A stretch of 64,000 nucleotides of DNA from Phallusia mammillata (Eukaryota). Location of the stretch: positions 2,542,001-2,606,000 of the forward strand of contig OZ281498.1 of NCBI GenBank assembly GCA_965637545.1, given 5' to 3'. The translations under genes and the position numbers were made by a program. Positions 59,139 to 64,000 of this stretch are shown here, one piece after another; the first letter of the stretch is position 1; the number at the start of each line of letters is the position of its first letter. The notes beneath the pieces were generated by a model. It ran no database searches, was not told the origin of the DNA, and was given only the letters and a program-made list of their open reading frames with translations.

Positions 59139-60763
59139 ATGGATGTGGATCAATATCTGAAACGTTTGAAGTACAACGGACCAAAGGATAACAAAGCTTC
59201 AACTTTGCGTGAAATATGTTTGTGTCATGCTCGTAATGTTCCATTTGAGATTCTCGATATGTTTGGGGGTCCAAGAAAGCGACTGGAATTGGAGAAAGTC
59301 TACCAAGATATTGTTGTTAATAATAGAGGAGGATTTTGTTACGAGATCAACGGGTTGATGCGCTGGTTGCTGCTACAACTCGGCTTCGAGGTTGTGGTAT
59401 TTCAGAGTCAAGCTTATATTGCGAGTACAGAGTCGTGGAACCCTAAGTTTGATCACATGACCATGCTGGTGAGTTGTTAGTCAATCGAAAGTTTATCTCG
59501 TTTTGTGGTAAAATAGAATTAAAACAGGTGACCTTTTTGATTCTGTTCTGCATCAGAGGTCGACCTTGCGCAGAGTAATTATTATTTTTTTGAGTAGATT
59601 CCTGTCTTTCCTTATTTGAATTTAAGTTAGCAAATCGGATTGTATTGAAAGTATTTAAACTTTGTGTTCTTTCAAAAACTGCATTGTTTCACTCCAAACG
59701 CCGCCAGTGGTAGTTTTTAGACCACCGAATTGTTGGTAGTTTTGCGGACACCGCTACTCTACGAGTTTTGTAATGCGTTGTAACAGAGGATCAAAGTCAT
59801 AATAAAATCGAGTCAGCATACATTTGCTGAATGTCAAATTTACTTTTTTAAACTATTTACAACGCAGGTCACGTGTGCTGATGGCTCACGCTGGTTGGCT
59901 GACGTCGGTTGGGGAGGGAGCAGTTTTAAAGAACCTCTAAAATTCGAAGTCATGCTTGAGCAATCACAACCAAACGGAAGATACAGGTTGGTTCAGTTGG
60001 GCGCGGATGAATATCAAGTCGAAAAGCGCGGGAAGTGCCACCTCAAGTTTACGCCAGGCAAGTTTTATTTTGTTGGATTCCCACTGAAGAAATAATCGAT
60101 TATTATAAAACAACAGCAATCCTATTTAAGATGTCTTATGGCCTTTAATTAAATCAAATCGCATTGTAAATTAAATTTGCAGAGAAAAAAACTTTTAAAT
60201 ATCGACCTATACCGTATTTTATGCTCAATCAAAAATATGTAACAACTTTATTAGAGATGTAGAAACAATTTGTAAGCTTTTTGCCTTAATGTTTGATTTC
60301 TGCTTGATTTTATAATAGTCTTCCTCACTACCATGTGTTGCAAAGTTTTACAAACGGTACAATTTATCTTGAAAATCAATCTATTTTTGCTGTTTGCTTT
60401 GCAGACGGCGGTAAAGTAAGAGACGAAAAGAATTACCGTCAGTGGAGACCGGTGTACAAATTCGACACAATTCCTCGTCAGTGGAGCGACTTCGATGAAA
60501 TGTGCAGCTATCAGCAAGACAGCCACGAGAGTTTTCTCAAAAATAACACGATTGCCTGTAAGTCGACAGAAACAGGTGACTTGGCTTGGTGGGGTTGGAA
60601 CTTGCGAGAGAGACGCTACATAGACCCGGATACTGAGGAGACTGTGATGATCCGGACGGCAAAAAATTTGAAAGAAGTTCGGAAATGGTTGAAAGAATAT
60701 TTTGACATGGAACTTGATTTTGACGTAGATGTTCAACTTCAAGATTATAAAGATTTTTCGTAG
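59139..60763 (+). CDS. NAT: Arylamine N-acetyltransferase, copy 3, 292 aa (intron 2 GC-AG)
   Basis: Exons 59139-59468, 59868-60057, 60405-60763 (879 nt); same triad motifs; near-identical to copy 2 over most of exon 1. Confidence 0.9.
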
Positions 60764-62123
60764 CTAATTGTACTGTCTCTGCATTTCAGATCACTCAATT
60801 AAAACCACTAAAAATTAAATAGTTCTATTAAAGCACGATTTCCATGTAAAACTGTATTTATTCAGCAGATGTATACCTCTTTACATTCGCTTACGCGAAA
60901 AGACGTACGAATAGAAAGTTAGTCCAGACAGAAAATATAAACAACAAATCACAGGAAGTACTAAAACTGTAAACATACGGTAACAGCACTTTAAATATAA
61001 CCTAGTCTGTAAAACACATTTGCAGGCGTACGGCATACATTTCCTTATACACAGGCTTTAAACGGAAACTAACGCTGTTTAATCCCCAACACACACAAAT
61101 ACAAACAACACGTTAATCCCGTACACAGGGCAAAACCCTGTAAAGAAATGCTTGTGCTTCTGGACTTTAGGCTCTAGTTTGCATTCCAGTTGGGTTAAGA
61201 CATGAAATTGCTTCTGCAAAATCCTTTTAACCATCACGTAAACCACGTCTAAATCCTAAGTCTAGCAGCATATCCCGTCTATTTAGTACTTCAACTAAAT
61301 TGAAACATTAAGCAAAATACTCAAGAAAAGCGACAGACGATCAGCGTCAGTTAAACGTCAGTTAAAATAGTCTTAATATGTATATCACAAGTTGGGAAAT
61401 ATTTGTTTCCTGGTTAAAACCGGTTGACAATCTTATAAAATGCTTTTTTAGCGAAATATATTTGTTCTTTATAAGATTAGCAACGGATTTTAACCTGGAA
61501 ATACAGATTTCCCAAACTTGTGATTTACTAGATCTGTTTACATTGAATCTTTCGGCCTGAAACCAGTTTTTTAGACGAACTTTAATAGCTCAATATCCAT
61601 CTGCAGAAGAGATTTTATGCCAATTCATTACAGAATGTACGTACGTTCTAAGATTAATGTTGGTTCTCAACAGCAAACTAACGATTCACAAATCTACATG
61701 CAACGCAAGTGATGATAGATCTTACTTGGACCTTACGTAATTTAGTTTCATCCCAATTACTTCCGGTGTAAACAGGGCTATACACACGTGCGCGGCACCA
61801 AGTCGTGCAAACTTGACTATGATTTTATAACTGGCAGTTTCAAGGACCGGGTATACGAGGGTCAGCTCACGTACGCAGAATTGTGATATTATCACGCAGC
61901 TCATGTTTGGGTTAGGTAAGGTCACACTGCACTGACGTCAAATAAAAACGTTCGTCACGTGCTTGTCTGAAGCCATTTTAGTTAGGAAAATTTAAAAAGT
62001 TGTTTTGCAAATTGCAAAGCGCCACAATTGTTACTAAAGTATAGTATGCCTCGAAGCGCATAGGACACAAGTTGTAATGGGCTTTACGTGTTGAAGGTGC
62101 GTGTCAATTAACGAGTTGCATAT

Positions 62124-63108
62124 TTAAAGTTCGACGTCATGCTTGAGCAATCACAGAAGAACGGTAGATACAGACTGGCGCAGTTGGGCACGGATGAATA
62201 TGTGGTCGAAAGACGCGGGAAATGTCACATCAAGTTTAATTCAGGTAAGTTGAGTTTTTATTGACGGAATTACCGGTTAGATCAAACCAAATACTATAAA
62301 CTAACGTACTATGTATTTTTTCTGGCGATTTTCATTTGTTTTGTAAATCAAACCAGCATTTGTTGGATTAAAAGAAAAGTGTCAGATAGATTGTAAGTAC
62401 AAAACGTTTCCACAAACGCTGTTGTCATCATTAGTGTTGCGTTTCTGTTGCGTTTTTGATCAATCACAATCAGGACTTTAAGTTTAAGATTGGCGTTATT
62501 ACAATAGAAAAAAACATTAAAATATCGACCTAATGTCCTATTTAGTAAATAGTATTTACTGTTCTGAAAAACGTTTTTTAAGTTCAACATAGTTATGAAC
62601 TTAATTTTGATCAGGTTAACCTTGCAACGGTGTAATCACAATCATAAACCTTTCACTTATGTTTATTATTTTTGTATGTTACCTTATTTAGTCACGTTTT
62701 AGTTCCCTTTTTTGTAACCTAAGACGTTTTGCTTTACTGACCTTATCTAGACGGCGTCAAGGTTAGAGACGAAAAAAATACATGAAGTGGCTGCCAGTCT
62801 TCAAATATGACATCACACCTCGTCAGTGGAGCGACTTTGAAGCGATGTGCAACTTCCATCAAGACAGCGACAAGAGTTTCCTGAAACATAACACCTTCGC
62901 ATGTAGAACGCTGGAGAATGGCCACATTACTTGGCTGGGTTGGAGCTTGCGAGAGAAGCGCTACATAGACCCGGATACTGAGGAGACTGTGATGATCCGG
63001 ACTGCTAAAGATTTGGCGAAAGTTCGGGAATGGTTGAAAGAATATTTTGACATGGAGATTGGATTTGACTTACAAATCGAACTAAGAGACTTCAAGGGTT
63101 TTTCATGA
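62124..63108 (+). pseudogene. NAT: Truncated NAT copy 4 (3' part of exon 2 plus frameshifted exon 3)
   Basis: Homology begins mid exon 2 (AAAGTTCGACGTCATGCTTGAGCAA); no exon 1 or ADVG motif upstream; exon 3 (62751-63108) is 358 nt versus 359 in copies 2/3, giving GAA AAA AAT ACA TGA near 62771-62785. Confidence 0.8.
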
Positions 63109-64000
63109 AGAATTGAACAATGAATAATTTGGTGTCATCTAAGACCAACATTTAAAGCAAGTCAAACTTTTAGTTTTTTACCAACCTAAAAGTAACCCCA
63201 AAACCTGATTTTGTTCAGTTTGACTATACGACAATCTGATTAAGATTTATTTGGATTTATAATCAGTACGATCTGTAATAACACTGTGCAATGTAAAAAC
63301 AACTTACAACGCTAAACATAGTAGGAAGGAAAGTAACATATTTGGCTGTCTGGACGTGACAGGGTTGTAAGCTGGTTCGAAATTAGTGCCAACACCCAAA
63401 AGTGTTGGACTGAACCGAATGTTGTATATACAACCATTTAAGCCAATTGAAAAAAGCCAGACAGACTCACCAACAAAAATGAGGCTAAGTGTAAAATTAA
63501 ACCGAGATTAATAGTTACTCTTTGAGTCGTTGATTCAAAGTTGCAAAACTTAAACGTTTAGCAGCTAAACATGTAATAAGATTAGCGGAAAAAATCGATT
63601 TAGTGTATATCGCATTAAGGTGGTTAAATTTCTACAGAATCAAACGAAAGGTGGCGCCAAAGGCAAATGTTGCGAATATTTCTGGAAATGGGCCGAAATG
63701 GTCCAGGTTATAAAGACTAAAAATATGTTTGGAATTTGCTTAAAAAGCGTGCTGGGTTTAAACCGCGTGAAAAAATCTACGGTTTAACTTAACCTTTCAA
63801 AATTTTCATCCCGATAGAAAAGAATATTATGTAATATCAAGAAGGAAAAAAGTTTCCGTAATTGCAAGTACGTATAAGAAATCAGACTGGAAACATCGGA
63901 CAGGCTAAGCCAAGAATGCTCGCTTATAACGTCACAAACGAAATGATAACGGTTAATGACAATATGGTGGAACTACTAACACATGAGCTCGCAACACTCC

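Noticed and set aside
45087-63108. Bacterial contamination or very recent horizontal transfer of lysozyme and NAT genes
   Set aside because: Both families carry spliceosomal introns at shared positions and host-type MITE insertions.

Overview
AT-rich, intron-rich animal genomic DNA, most likely a tunicate/ascidian. This is an inference from the 4-Cys anaphylatoxin C3, the g-type lysozymes and the ~57-60 bp minimal introns. Most ORFs in the supplied track are single exons or noise, so I assembled genes by hand from GT/AG boundaries. Left to right: POP1 (minus, 3' end runs off the window); a possible small unknown gene head-to-head with it; a complete ~43-exon complement C3 gene (10039-38955) with intact GCGEQ thioester and catalytic His; an intronless UBE2D-like E2; LRRC20 (minus, intronless CDS); COQ4; two short, signal-less goose-type lysozymes (minus); and a tandem cluster of three intact, intron-containing arylamine N-acetyltransferases plus one truncated, frameshifted copy. 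Introns hold many non-autonomous elements: hAT MITEs with 8-bp TSDs, a highly palindromic Harbinger-like MITE, a Tc1/pogo MITE, a Helentron-type HINE with a 128-bp array, tRNA-derived SINEs and degenerate minimal hammerhead motifs. The most notable observations are a purely non-synonymous hypervariable patch beside the catalytic His of the two young NAT paralogs, an unusual Trp at their specificity position, GC-AG introns in them, and N-terminally truncated lysozymes with a shifted catalytic Asp. No new multi-component system can be proven from sequence alone.
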